Shown here: piece after piece, positions 15,215-23,474 of the stretch
Layout: each line of letters begins with the position of its first letter
Numbering within the stretch: position 1 is the first letter of the stretch
Virus record (IMG/VR): IMGVR_UViG_3300042195_000134
Coordinates: 1 to 29,850 of that record
Length of the DNA: 29,850 nucleotides
Source: a virus
Taxonomy: Duplodnaviria; Caudoviricetes
Direction: 5' to 3' (one strand)
Notes under the pieces: model-generated
The model's database searches: none
The model's input: the letters and a program-made list of their open reading frames with translations, nothing else
What the model was told of the DNA's origin: nothing
Made by a program: the position numbers and the translations under genes

Positions 15215-16422
15215 TGACCGCCCTCAACGACCTCATCCCCGCCGCCGACCTCACGGCCGCGATCGACGACGGCCACATCTCCCGCCGACAGCACCCCACC
15301 CTGCCGCTCTCCATCCTCACGTACACCAGGAAGTGTCAGTACGAGCGCGCCTGGACCCCGGCCACCCTCCGCTGCCGCGGCCTCATCGCCGACGACAACA
15401 CCGGCGACATCGTGGCGTGGCCGTTCCTGAAGTTCTTCAACGTCGGCGAGCACGACCACGGCAACGACTACGCGCCGCCGCTCCCCGACGGCGAGCCGTT
15501 CGAGGTGTACGACAAGGTCGACGGCAGCCTCGGCATCGTCTTCTGGCACTCCGGCCGCTGGCACGCCGCCTCCAAGGGCTCGTTCACCAGCGAGCAAGCC
15601 ATGTGGGCGCAGGCCTGGATCTCCACCAGCACCACGACGCGACTCATCCCCGGCGTCACCTACCTCGCCGAGATCATCTACCCAGAGAACCGGATCGTCG
15701 TCGACTACGGCGACCGCCGAGACCTCGTACTCCTCGGCGCGTTCGACGCTTACGGCCGCGAGATCCGCCTGTCCTACGCAGCCGACGACTGGGAGCCGGT
15801 CGGATCCGTAGTCCGCACCTGGCCCGCCCTCCCGCTCCCTGAACTCCTCAAGCTCGCCGAAGCCAACACTCGACCCGACGGCACCCCGACGTCTGGCATC
15901 TCCACCGAGGGCTACGTCATCCGCTACGCCAACGGGCTCCGCGCGAAGGCCAAGCTCGCCGAGTACGTCCGCCTCCATAAAGTCCTCACCGGCATCACCG
16001 AGAGGGACATCTGGCGCATGGCCGGCATGCAGCGCTACGCCGACCAGCCACCCAAGCTCGTCGCCAAAGCCCTCGGCTGCCCGGTCGGCGAGATCAGCGC
16101 CCTCCAGCAGGGCGCAGCATCACCGCTCGACGCGCTCCTCGACGCCGTCCCCGACGAGTTCGACCAGTGGGTCAAGTCCGTCATCGCCCGTCTGGAGTTC
16201 CAGGCCCGGACCCTCAACGCGCGCGTCGTGAGCGAGTACGCGGCGATCTCCCACCTCGGCGCTGACCGTGGGGTCTTCGCCCGCGCCGTCCAGCGCATCG
16301 ACGACCAGGCCGTCCGCGCCTGCATGTTCCTCATGCTCGACGGCCGGTCGACGGACCTGCATCTGTGGCGGGCGATCCGGCCGGAGACTGCCACGCCGTA
16401 CGTCGCCGACGACGAGGCCTGA
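15214..16422 (+). CDS. T4 Rnl1-type RNA ligase
   Basis: CRGLI, PFLKFFN, motif I KVDGSLG, YLAEII, EGYVI, RAKAK. Confidence 0.92.
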   Translation: MTALNDLIPAADLTAAIDDGHISRRQHPTLPLSILTYTRKCQYERAWTPATLRCRGLIADDNTGDIVAWPFLKFFNVGEHDHGNDYAPPLPDGEPFEVYDKVDGSLGIVFWHSGRWHAASKGSFTSEQAMWAQAWISTSTTTRLIPGVTYLAEIIYPENRIVVDYGDRRDLVLLGAFDAYGREIRLSYAADDWEPVGSVVRTWPALPLPELLKLAEANTRPDGTPTSGISTEGYVIRYANGLRAKAKLAEYVRLHKVLTGITERDIWRMAGMQRYADQPPKLVAKALGCPVGEISALQQGAASPLDALLDAVPDEFDQWVKSVIARLEFQARTLNARVVSEYAAISHLGADRGVFARAVQRIDDQAVRACMFLMLDGRSTDLHLWRAIRPETATPYVADDEA

Positions 16423-16493
16423 CCGCAGCACGAAGCCCCGCACCAGCGCGGTGCGGGCCCACATGTCCAGAACCAACCAGGAAGGCACACCGC

Positions 16494-16817
16494 ATGACCC
16501 TTCACATCGACGCCGACGTCAAGTTCGACTCCAAGGTCCTCACCGACGTCGCCGAAGCCCTCGAACCCCACTCCGAGGAGATGTTCAAGCAGCGCCGCGG
16601 ACGGTGGATGGCCGTCGTCGAGCTCTCCCACGTCGAACGCAGCGAACCCGGCCCGGACGAGGAGAAAAACCCCACCGTCAAACTCCGCGTCACCAGCATC
16701 GAGGTGGCGGCCGACGAGATCAGCGGCGGCCGACTCCGTGGTGTTCAGCGGGAGATGTACGACCGCAGGACCAGCGGCGGAACCCTCTTCGAGGGCGACG
16801 AGGCCCAGAGCGCGTGA
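16494..16817 (+). CDS. Hypothetical protein
   Basis: GGAAGG RBS, GC3-rich, GTGA overlap with next gene. Confidence 0.7.
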   Translation: MTLHIDADVKFDSKVLTDVAEALEPHSEEMFKQRRGRWMAVVELSHVERSEPGPDEEKNPTVKLRVTSIEVAADEISGGRLRGVQREMYDRRTSGGTLFEGDEAQSA

Positions 16818-17128
16818 AGCCTCCTGCCGCGACACGTGGAGCGTCGCGCCGGTCATGTGACCGGTGCGGCGCCCCCGTGCTGCGGCAGGAAGTCGGACAC
16901 CGCGCCGCACTGAAAGTCACCGCGGACGCCGAACCCATACCGCTCACCGAGGCACTCGCGATGCGGGAGCCGAACCGGCTCGTCTGGTGCCTCGCACAGA
17001 TGCACAGCGGCAGGTCCGAACTGCGGTGGCGCTGCCGCCACGACTGCAAGCACGGACACGTGATCGAGCACCGGTGCCCGTCCGAGGTGTCGGAGTTCGG
17101 ACGCCGGCCGGAAGGAACGCTGTGGTGA
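16814..17128 (+). CDS. Cys/His-containing hypothetical protein
   Basis: CDRCGAPVL...HVIEHRCP. Confidence 0.65.
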   Translation: MKPPAATRGASRRSCDRCGAPVLRQEVGHRAALKVTADAEPIPLTEALAMREPNRLVWCLAQMHSGRSELRWRCRHDCKHGHVIEHRCPSEVSEFGRRPEGTLW

Positions 17129-17130
17129 CG

Positions 17131-17352
17131 CTACTTCTCCAGGGACTCCAGACGGGCCCGGTCGCGAAGGGCCTGCTCGTAGAAGTCGGGCGGCACAACC
17201 ACTGCCACCCGTTTCCCGCGCTCCGTGAAAGCGCCGGCGCGCCCTCCCCAACTGACCTCACGGATGAAAGGGGTCAGCGCGGCGCGGGCGTCGGTCATCG
17301 ACACCTCGGCAACGCCGTCGTCAGCGATCTCAATCCGCGGGTCCGCAGCCAT
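17131..17352 (-). CDS. Orphan Phd/YefM-like DNA-binding protein, probably leaderless
   Basis: VSMTDARAALTPFIREV...FTERGKRVAVVVPPDFYE fits the Phd fold; TACACT-N6-ATG(17352) upstream; no toxin gene adjacent. Confidence 0.75.
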   Translation of the reverse strand: MAADPRIEIADDGVAEVSMTDARAALTPFIREVSWGGRAGAFTERGKRVAVVVPPDFYEQALRDRARLESLEK

Positions 17353-17365
17353 GGCCAGAGTGTAA

Positions 17366-17417
17366 GTCATAACCAACCTTACCAATATTTCCAATCTTTA
17401 AGAAATGGTGAGACAAT
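17366..17417. promoter_or_regulatory. AT-rich divergent promoter region with 9-bp phased CCAA repeats
   Basis: taaCCAAcc/ttaCCAAta/tttCCAAtc (CCAA at 17373, 17382, 17391). Confidence 0.55.
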
Positions 17418-17506
17418 GGGGGCCGGTGGGACACCAGTCGAGCCGCCCTGACCTGCGGATTTCCCTCCGCCCTGAGCCCGCCATCCCTGCACCAAGGAGC
17501 CTGCAC

Positions 17507-19006
17507 GTGGACAACGTCCGCCAGATGACCCGCGACTCGGCGGACGAGGACGGCCTCAACCGGAATCCGCCGGGCAACATCGAAGCCGAACGCGCCCTCC
17601 TCGCCCGGTGCATCCACCACGCCGACGAGTACGCCGAAGCCGCCGAGATCATCACCAGCGACGACTTCACGCAACCGGCCTACCGCCTCCTCTGGGACGT
17701 CATCGGCCACCAGGTCGCCGAGCGCAAGCCCACCGATCCCATCACCCTGCGCGCCGAAATCGAGAAGCTCGGCCAGCTCCGGCAGGTCAACAACGGCACC
17801 CTCATCTGGGAAATCTCAGGTGAGGGCGGCATCAACTCCGCTGAGTACTACGCCCGACTCGTCCACGAGAAGACGCGCCTGAGGGAGATCGACAACCTCG
17901 CGGTCCGACTCCGCTCCGGCGTCCTCAACGGCGGTGCGATCGACGAGCTCGAAGAGCAGATCACCGGCTTCGTCCAGCAGCGCACCGCGGCCCACGCCTC
18001 CGGCACCTCCCGCTTCGTGCCCGGCGGATCGTTCATCCTCGACCGGCCCGACACCGTCCCCGCAGTCTGGGGCGAAGGCGACCAGATCCTGTGGGCCGAA
18101 GGCGAAGCGCTCATCATCGCCGGACCCCCCGGAGTCGGGAAGACCACCGTCGGCCAGCAGGTCCTCCTCGCCGCAATCGGCGTCCGCTCCCACGCCCTCG
18201 GCCTCGCCGTCCGCCCCGCGAAACGCGTCCTCTACCTCGCCTCCGACCGCCCCCAGCAGGCCGCCCGGTCCATGGCCCGCATGGTCACCGACGAGCACCG
18301 CGACCTCCTCAACCAGCACCTCACCTTCTGGCCCGGCCCCCCGCCCAAGGACTTCATCAAGGACCCCGGCATCCTCCTGCGCCTGTGCAAGCAGGCCGAC
18401 GCCGACATGGTGTGCCTCGACTCCCTGAAGGACATGGCCGGCGAACTCTCCTCCGAGGAAGGCGGCCAGGCCATCAACTCCGCGGTCCAGCGCACCCTCG
18501 TCGAGGGCATCGAGGTCCTGGCCCTGCACCACCACCGCAAGCAGGGCGGCGGCAAGGACTCCGGCCGCGAACCCACCAGCCTCGACGAGCTGTACGGCTC
18601 CACATGGATCACCGCGGGCGCCGGGTCCGTCGTCTCCCTGTGGGGCGCGGCGGGTGACCCGATCGTCTCGTTCAAGCACCTCAAGCAGCCGTCCGCCGAG
18701 TGCGGCCCGTGGCGCCTGAAGCACGACCACCCCGCCGGCGTCACGGAGATCTGGCACGAGGTCGACGTCCTCGACATCCTCGCGCACGCCCGGGGGCCTC
18801 TGACGGCTCAGCAACTGGCCTGCCAGATCTACTCGCCGGACAAGGGCAAGCCGTCCGCGTCCGAGGTCGAGAAGGCGCGTCGCAGGCTCGACCAGCTCGT
18901 TGAGAAAGGGCTCGCCCACAAGATCGCGAACGGTGGCGGGCGAGGGAGCCAGGCCGGTTATGTCGCCGCGTTCTCGTCCACCGGCGAACTTCCGGAAGCG
19001 GGCTGA
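17507..19006 (+). CDS. Replicative helicase/initiator: DnaB N-terminal domain + RecA-type (AAA_25-like) ATPase + probable C-terminal wHTH
   Basis: PPGNIEAERALL...DDF (DnaB_N), Walker A GPPGVGKT, Walker B VCLDS, LHHHRK; GTG after AAGGAG. Confidence 0.88.
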   Translation: MDNVRQMTRDSADEDGLNRNPPGNIEAERALLARCIHHADEYAEAAEIITSDDFTQPAYRLLWDVIGHQVAERKPTDPITLRAEIEKLGQLRQVNNGTLIWEISGEGGINSAEYYARLVHEKTRLREIDNLAVRLRSGVLNGGAIDELEEQITGFVQQRTAAHASGTSRFVPGGSFILDRPDTVPAVWGEGDQILWAEGEALIIAGPPGVGKTTVGQQVLLAAIGVRSHALGLAVRPAKRVLYLASDRPQQAARSMARMVTDEHRDLLNQHLTFWPGPPPKDFIKDPGILLRLCKQADADMVCLDSLKDMAGELSSEEGGQAINSAVQRTLVEGIEVLALHHHRKQGGGKDSGREPTSLDELYGSTWITAGAGSVVSLWGAAGDPIVSFKHLKQPSAECGPWRLKHDHPAGVTEIWHEVDVLDILAHARGPLTAQQLACQIYSPDKGKPSASEVEKARRRLDQLVEKGLAHKIANGGGRGSQAGYVAAFSSTGELPEAG

Positions 19007-19021
19007 CGACATGCCACGAAT

Positions 19022-19261
19022 TAACTCACGCGAATACTCACGATGCTCACGCGAACGCTGCAAAGAAACTCACGCGGAAACTCACGCACTTCACGTAGTC
19101 GCCGTTTGTGCAGGTCAGAAACTCACGCAGAAACTCACGCTGCTCACGGTTACGGAGAGTACAAACTCACGCGCAAACTTCACGCAGAAACTCACGCTGC
19201 TCACGTTTTTGACAAAACCGCAGGTCAAAAACTCACGCGAAACTCACGCCACTTACTCACG
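19022..19261 (+). repeat. Iteron-like array, candidate replication origin
   Basis: 14 CTCACG + 2 TTCACG (8 exact AAACTCACGC) in about 240 bp of A-rich DNA right after the helicase stop. Confidence 0.8.
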
Positions 19262-19294
19262 GACCCCCCTCTCTAAAGAGAGGGAGGGGGGTCC
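19261..19294. other. Inverted repeat closing the iteron array
   Basis: GGACCCCCCTCTCT-aa-AGAGAGGGAGGGGGGTCC. Confidence 0.55.
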
Positions 19295-19322
19295 GACCCC
19301 GTGCAAACACCCCACCTGCCCC

Positions 19323-20111
19323 ATGAGCAACCCAGGACCCGCCGTGAACCAGACCGTCAGCCTCTACCGCTTCTACGACTCCACCGGCCAGCTCCTCTAC
19401 ATCGGCATCACCAACCGCATCCCCCGCCGACTCGACCAGCACAGCGACGACAAGCCCTGGTACCTCCACGTCGCCCGCATCGCGGTCGAGCACCACCCAG
19501 ACCGGCACGCCGCCCTCCGCGCCGAGAAGAACGCCATCAAGGCCGAGCGGCCGAAGCACAACATCCAGCACAACCGAGCCGCCTACCGGACCAAGGTCCA
19601 AGACGGCGCCGGCCGCTGGACCTTCCGCACTCGCCTCACCGGAAGCGAGCACCGCAGCGACCTCGTCCTGTACCCCGAGCTCGACTGCTCCGCGATGGTC
19701 GACGACGTCTGGGAGCTCGACGGGCAGGGCCAGTTCGAGGAGTACGTCCAGTATCTGGAGCGCGGCCACACCGAGTGGCTGGAGGCCGACGCCGTCCCCA
19801 TCGTTTGGTCCGTCCACGACTGCGGGACCAACGGCATATTCGAGGCCGCCCCCTTCACCGCGTGGGGAGACAGCGTCGGGTGGGGCAACTTCCTCGCCCA
19901 CTACACGTGGCCCGTCGACGCGATCAACGGCGAGCCCCTCGACTGGTACGCGCTGCCCGTCGTCAACGACCGGTTCCCCGAGTTCGCCAAAGCCCTTGCC
20001 TGGACGCCGTCGCCACTCCAGCCGACGTGCCCCCTCGCGAGCATCGTCCGCAGCCGCAACGGCCAGTACGCGGCTCCTATGCCGGCGCACCGTCTGGGAG
20101 CTCGGTCATGA
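19323..20111 (+). CDS. GIY-YIG nuclease domain fused to an unassigned C-terminal domain
   Basis: SLYRFYDSTGQLLYIGIT...RRLDQH...ALRAEKNAIKAERPKHN; start ATG 19323 or GTG 19344. Confidence 0.85.
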   Translation: MSNPGPAVNQTVSLYRFYDSTGQLLYIGITNRIPRRLDQHSDDKPWYLHVARIAVEHHPDRHAALRAEKNAIKAERPKHNIQHNRAAYRTKVQDGAGRWTFRTRLTGSEHRSDLVLYPELDCSAMVDDVWELDGQGQFEEYVQYLERGHTEWLEADAVPIVWSVHDCGTNGIFEAAPFTAWGDSVGWGNFLAHYTWPVDAINGEPLDWYALPVVNDRFPEFAKALAWTPSPLQPTCPLASIVRSRNGQYAAPMPAHRLGARS

Positions 20112-20263
20112 CCGACACCTGCCCCAACTGCTGCCGCCGCGGTGTCGCGCCCCGCGCCGAACGATCCGACGGCCACCAACTCCGCTCCGCCTACCGCTGC
20201 CCCGACTGCGGCCACGCATGGATCACCAACCGCCTCCACGCCGCCTACCGCCAAGCCGCCTAA
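20108..20263 (+). CDS. Small Zn-ribbon protein
   Basis: MTDTCPNC...YRCPDCGHAW; ATGA overlap. Confidence 0.65.
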   Translation: MTDTCPNCCRRGVAPRAERSDGHQLRSAYRCPDCGHAWITNRLHAAYRQAA

Positions 20264-20297
20264 CCCCCAAACGATCACCACCGCGCGAGGAGCCCCC

Positions 20298-20765
20298 ATG
20301 CCCACCACACCCCAAACCCACAACCAGCCCCGCATCCACACCCCCGACCGGCCCAACGACGACGGCTCCACCACCATCAAGCTGAAGCGCGCCTGCAACG
20401 GCTGCGGCCAGCACCTCGGCGACGTCGACGACCGGGACATCACCGACCACGGCGGCCTCACCGACGTCCGCCGGGAGTGCGACCACTGCGCGCCGCTCGT
20501 CGCCCTGGAGGCTGCGGGCTGCAAGACGTGGCGGCTCACCGAGCGCAGTTACCCGCGCGTCGACTGGGAGCTCGACCGGCTCGACGTGTTCGCGAAGCAG
20601 TACACCGAGTGCGACGAGATCGACGGCCGCATCGTCACCGTCGGCATGCGCATCGGCGTCAAGCCCGGCCATGTCGTCGCCTACTTCGGCGACTGGATCG
20701 TCCGCCACCCCGACGGCCGCTGGTCAGTCCACGCCGCGCCTGCCGCCGGGGAGGCGCAGCGATGA
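20298..20765 (+). CDS. Hypothetical protein with CxxC pairs
   Basis: GAGGAG RBS; CNGC...CDHC; C-terminal AYFGDWIVRHPDG. Confidence 0.7.
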   Translation: MPTTPQTHNQPRIHTPDRPNDDGSTTIKLKRACNGCGQHLGDVDDRDITDHGGLTDVRRECDHCAPLVALEAAGCKTWRLTERSYPRVDWELDRLDVFAKQYTECDEIDGRIVTVGMRIGVKPGHVVAYFGDWIVRHPDGRWSVHAAPAAGEAQR

Positions 20766-20983
20766 GCACCACACCCACCGAAGGCCGCTGCGCTCACTGC
20801 CAGCAGCCCCGCGTCGTCTTCCCCGCCAAACCCGAATGGGGCCGCGTCCCCGACCCGCTGTGCACCACGGACTGGCAACTGTTCGCCGAAGCCCGCGCGA
20901 ACAACACCTTCGTCGACTGGACCGACGCCTTCGACAACGGCAGTGACGACCAACTCGCCGCCGGATTCGGAGGATCACAGTGA
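20762..20983 (+). CDS. Small hypothetical protein
   Basis: GGAGG RBS; CAHC; 4-nt overlaps. Confidence 0.6.
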   Translation: MSTTPTEGRCAHCQQPRVVFPAKPEWGRVPDPLCTTDWQLFAEARANNTFVDWTDAFDNGSDDQLAAGFGGSQ

Positions 20984-21363
20984 CCAGCACCGACCCGGCA
21001 CCCCGCGAGTTCCTGTACGAGCTGTGGGACGCCAACTGGGACGACGGCCCCCTCGGCAACTGGCAGATCCACCGCCACCCCATCACCCGGAAGACCGCCA
21101 AGCGGATCTACATCACCTTCCGAGGCAGGACCGCGTTCGTCGACCGCCAGCGGATCGAGGCCGACGGCGAAATCTTCTACCGGCCCGCCGCGCGAATCCT
21201 GTACCTGACCGAGCCGGACATCCCGCACCAGCCCAAGCCGCCGTCGCTGCCCGAGCTGCGGAAGGCGATGGCCGCCGCGCACCCGGACCGCGGCGGCAGC
21301 GACGAGGCGTTCATCGCGGCCCGCCAGCGCTACGAGAGGGCCCGCGCCGCCACCCCCGTCTGA
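20980..21363 (+). CDS. Protein with C-terminal truncated J-domain-like (HPD) motif
   Basis: LRKAMAAAHPDRGGSDEAFIAARQRYERAR. Confidence 0.7.
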   Translation: MTSTDPAPREFLYELWDANWDDGPLGNWQIHRHPITRKTAKRIYITFRGRTAFVDRQRIEADGEIFYRPAARILYLTEPDIPHQPKPPSLPELRKAMAAAHPDRGGSDEAFIAARQRYERARAATPV

Positions 21364-21399
21364 TCGTCCGCCCCCGCACACCCACACCGGAGGAACACC

Positions 21400-21999
21400 G
21401 TGACCACCCGCCACTTCACCCGCGAGCAGCTCGAAGAGATCGGCGTCCCATTCGAACTCGGCGGCAACGACGACTGCGCCACCGAACTGGCCGACGAACT
21501 CATCGGCACGGAACGCTGGACCAGCGTCCACCGGCTCGTCTTCCGCGCCCCGGACACCGGCGACGCCTACGAGGTCCACTACGAGGTCGGCTCCACCGAG
21601 CACCAGGACGGCATCGATCCGTGGCACCGGCACGGCAAGACGATCCCGGCCGTCGAGGTGGAGCATCGGCCCGTGGTCGTCCAGCAGTGGCGCCCCGTCG
21701 ACGCGCCCGCCGATCCCGGTCTCGACACCGTGTTGCCCGCGTGGGAGGCCATGTACGAGCCCGGCAACGTGAGCGACTACCTGATCGGCTACGCCAACTC
21801 GGAGGCCGCAGCGAAGGGTGCCGCTGAGGCGTGGCTGCGGTCGCAGAAGGACGAGGTCGGCCGTCTGGAGTGGGTGCCGCAAAACCCGCTCGACGGCTAC
21901 GACACCGAGTTCGAGTTGGTCGAGCGCCACGACGACGGCATCGACACCGGACCCGGCATCACCGTCCGACACCGCACCCAGCCGACCACCCCCGCCTGA
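21400..21999 (+). CDS. Acidic hypothetical protein (two apparent domains)
   Basis: GGAGGA RBS; GC3-rich 199-aa ORF. Confidence 0.72.
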   Translation: MTTRHFTREQLEEIGVPFELGGNDDCATELADELIGTERWTSVHRLVFRAPDTGDAYEVHYEVGSTEHQDGIDPWHRHGKTIPAVEVEHRPVVVQQWRPVDAPADPGLDTVLPAWEAMYEPGNVSDYLIGYANSEAAAKGAAEAWLRSQKDEVGRLEWVPQNPLDGYDTEFELVERHDDGIDTGPGITVRHRTQPTTPA

Positions 22000-22040
22000 C
22001 ATCCGGTTCCGTCCGGCCCGCACACACCCAGGAGCAGCAC

Positions 22041-22862
22041 GTGAAGTCGCCCGTCCCTTACTTCGGATCAAAGCAGCGCATCTCCCCATGGATTGCGTCG
22101 CTGCTGCCCGCCCACGACCACTACGTCGAACCCTTCGCCGGAGGACTCTCCGTCCTCCTCGCGAAGCGGCCCGCCACGATGGAGACCGTCTCCGATCTCG
22201 ACTCCGAGCTGATGACGTTCTGGCGGATCCTCCGCGACCGGTCGGCCGAGCTGATCCGCGCCTGCATGCTCACCCCGCACTCCCGCGCCGAACTCTCGGC
22301 GACCTGGGACCCCACGGACGATGACCTCGAGCTGGCCCGCCGCATCTGGTGCCGCCTCGCCCAAGGGCGTTCCGGGACGCTGCGGAACACCGGCTGGCGG
22401 CACTACATCGACCCGGCCGGATCGTCCACGTCGATGCCCGGCTACCTCGAGGCCTACGTCGCCCGGCTCGCTGCCGCCGCGGAACGCCTTCACGGGGTGT
22501 CGCTCGAGAACCTCCCCGCCCTCGACCTCATCGGCAAATACGGCAAGCAGCCCAAGGTGCTGCTGTACGTCGACCCGCCGTACCTGGCCTCGACCCGCGG
22601 GTGGGGCAACAACTACCGCTGCGAGATGAAGACCGAGACGGAGCATCGGGAGCTTGCGGCCGCGCTCGATGCCTGCTCCGCCACGGTCGTGCTGTCCGGC
22701 TACGACAGTCCGCTGTACCTCGAGCTGTACGGCGACTGGCACCGGTACGAGACCTCGTCGATGACCGGCAACGCGAAGGCCGACAAGGCGCGCACCGAAG
22801 TCCTGTGGGCGAACCGCGAACTCGGCGACCAGTTCGACCTCTTCAGCGAGCAGCCCGCGTGA
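22041..22862 (+). CDS. DNA adenine methyltransferase (Dam/D12 class), orphan
   Basis: PYFGSKQRI, YVEPFAGG (SAM binding), YVDPPY (catalytic), RTEVLW. Confidence 0.93.
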   Translation: MKSPVPYFGSKQRISPWIASLLPAHDHYVEPFAGGLSVLLAKRPATMETVSDLDSELMTFWRILRDRSAELIRACMLTPHSRAELSATWDPTDDDLELARRIWCRLAQGRSGTLRNTGWRHYIDPAGSSTSMPGYLEAYVARLAAAAERLHGVSLENLPALDLIGKYGKQPKVLLYVDPPYLASTRGWGNNYRCEMKTETEHRELAAALDACSATVVLSGYDSPLYLELYGDWHRYETSSMTGNAKADKARTEVLWANRELGDQFDLFSEQPA

Positions 22863-22874
22863 CCACGCATGAGA

Positions 22875-22909
22875 CCGGCAGCCCCGCGTTCGACCCGCGG
22901 GGCTGCCGG
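22875..22909. terminator. Perfect 14-bp hairpin
   Basis: CCGGCAGCCCCGCG-N7-CGCGGGGCTGCCGG. Confidence 0.6.
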
Positions 22910-22946
22910 CCCGCCCGAATCCCATCACGAACCCAGGAGCCACACC

Positions 22947-23474
22947 GTGACCGAGACACCCGCCCGCTTCCGTAAGCGCCCCGTCGAGATCGACGCCCAC
23001 CAGTGGCACCAGAACGGCGACCACCCCGAGGACGGCCCCGCCGACCGAGAGGGCACGGTCGTGCGCTACTTCCGGCGACCCGAACCCGAGTACGACGGCC
23101 AGACGGTGCACGATCTGTGCGGCCGGATCTGGCACGACCACGGATGGATCGACACACTCGAAGGCGGCCACACCGTCTGCCCTGGCGACTGGATCGTGAC
23201 CGGAGTCCACGGCGAGCGCTACCCAGTCAAGCCCGACATCTTCGCCGCGACCTACGAGCCCGCCGCCTCGTCTGCCGGGCCTGCGCCTGCCACAGACCGG
23301 GCCGCGCTGCTCGGTGCCGCTGAGGGCGAAATCGCTCGGCAGGCCGCAGGCATCGACGGCACAGCAGGAGACGCACAGGACATCGCGCACGACTTCGTCA
23401 TCGACGAGCCCACTGGCGGATGCCTGCTCTGCGGGCTATCCCGCAGCTACCGCAAGCACGAGGAGCCACGGTGA
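22947..23474 (+). CDS. Conserved phage protein of the RK.PV.I.A...TLEG...GDWI...YP.KPDIF..TYE family (PGDYG-like; possible nucleotide sponge)
   Basis: FRKRPVEIDAHQW, IDTLEGG, PGDWIVTGVHGERYPVKPDIFAATYE; GTG after AGGAG. Confidence 0.8.
   Translation: MTETPARFRKRPVEIDAHQWHQNGDHPEDGPADREGTVVRYFRRPEPEYDGQTVHDLCGRIWHDHGWIDTLEGGHTVCPGDWIVTGVHGERYPVKPDIFAATYEPAASSAGPAPATDRAALLGAAEGEIARQAAGIDGTAGDAQDIAHDFVIDEPTGGCLLCGLSRSYRKHEEPR

Noticed and set aside
17131-17352. Complete type II toxin-antitoxin module
   Set aside because: No co-oriented toxin gene downstream; the neighbour is convergent and shows no RelE/Doc/PIN motif
19022-19261. CRISPR array
   Set aside because: Repeats are only 6-10 bp with 3-26 bp gaps, there are no unique 30-40 bp spacers, and no cas genes are present
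18900-19322. N-terminal extension of the GIY-YIG ORF through the repeat array (and ORF 19043..19276)
   Set aside because: The translation just reads the DNA repeat in shifting phases (ETHA, KLT, NSR), has non-GC3 codons and overlaps the helicase end; start at 19323 or 19344 preferred
22041-23474. Restriction-modification system
   Set aside because: No restriction endonuclease motif next to the methyltransferase
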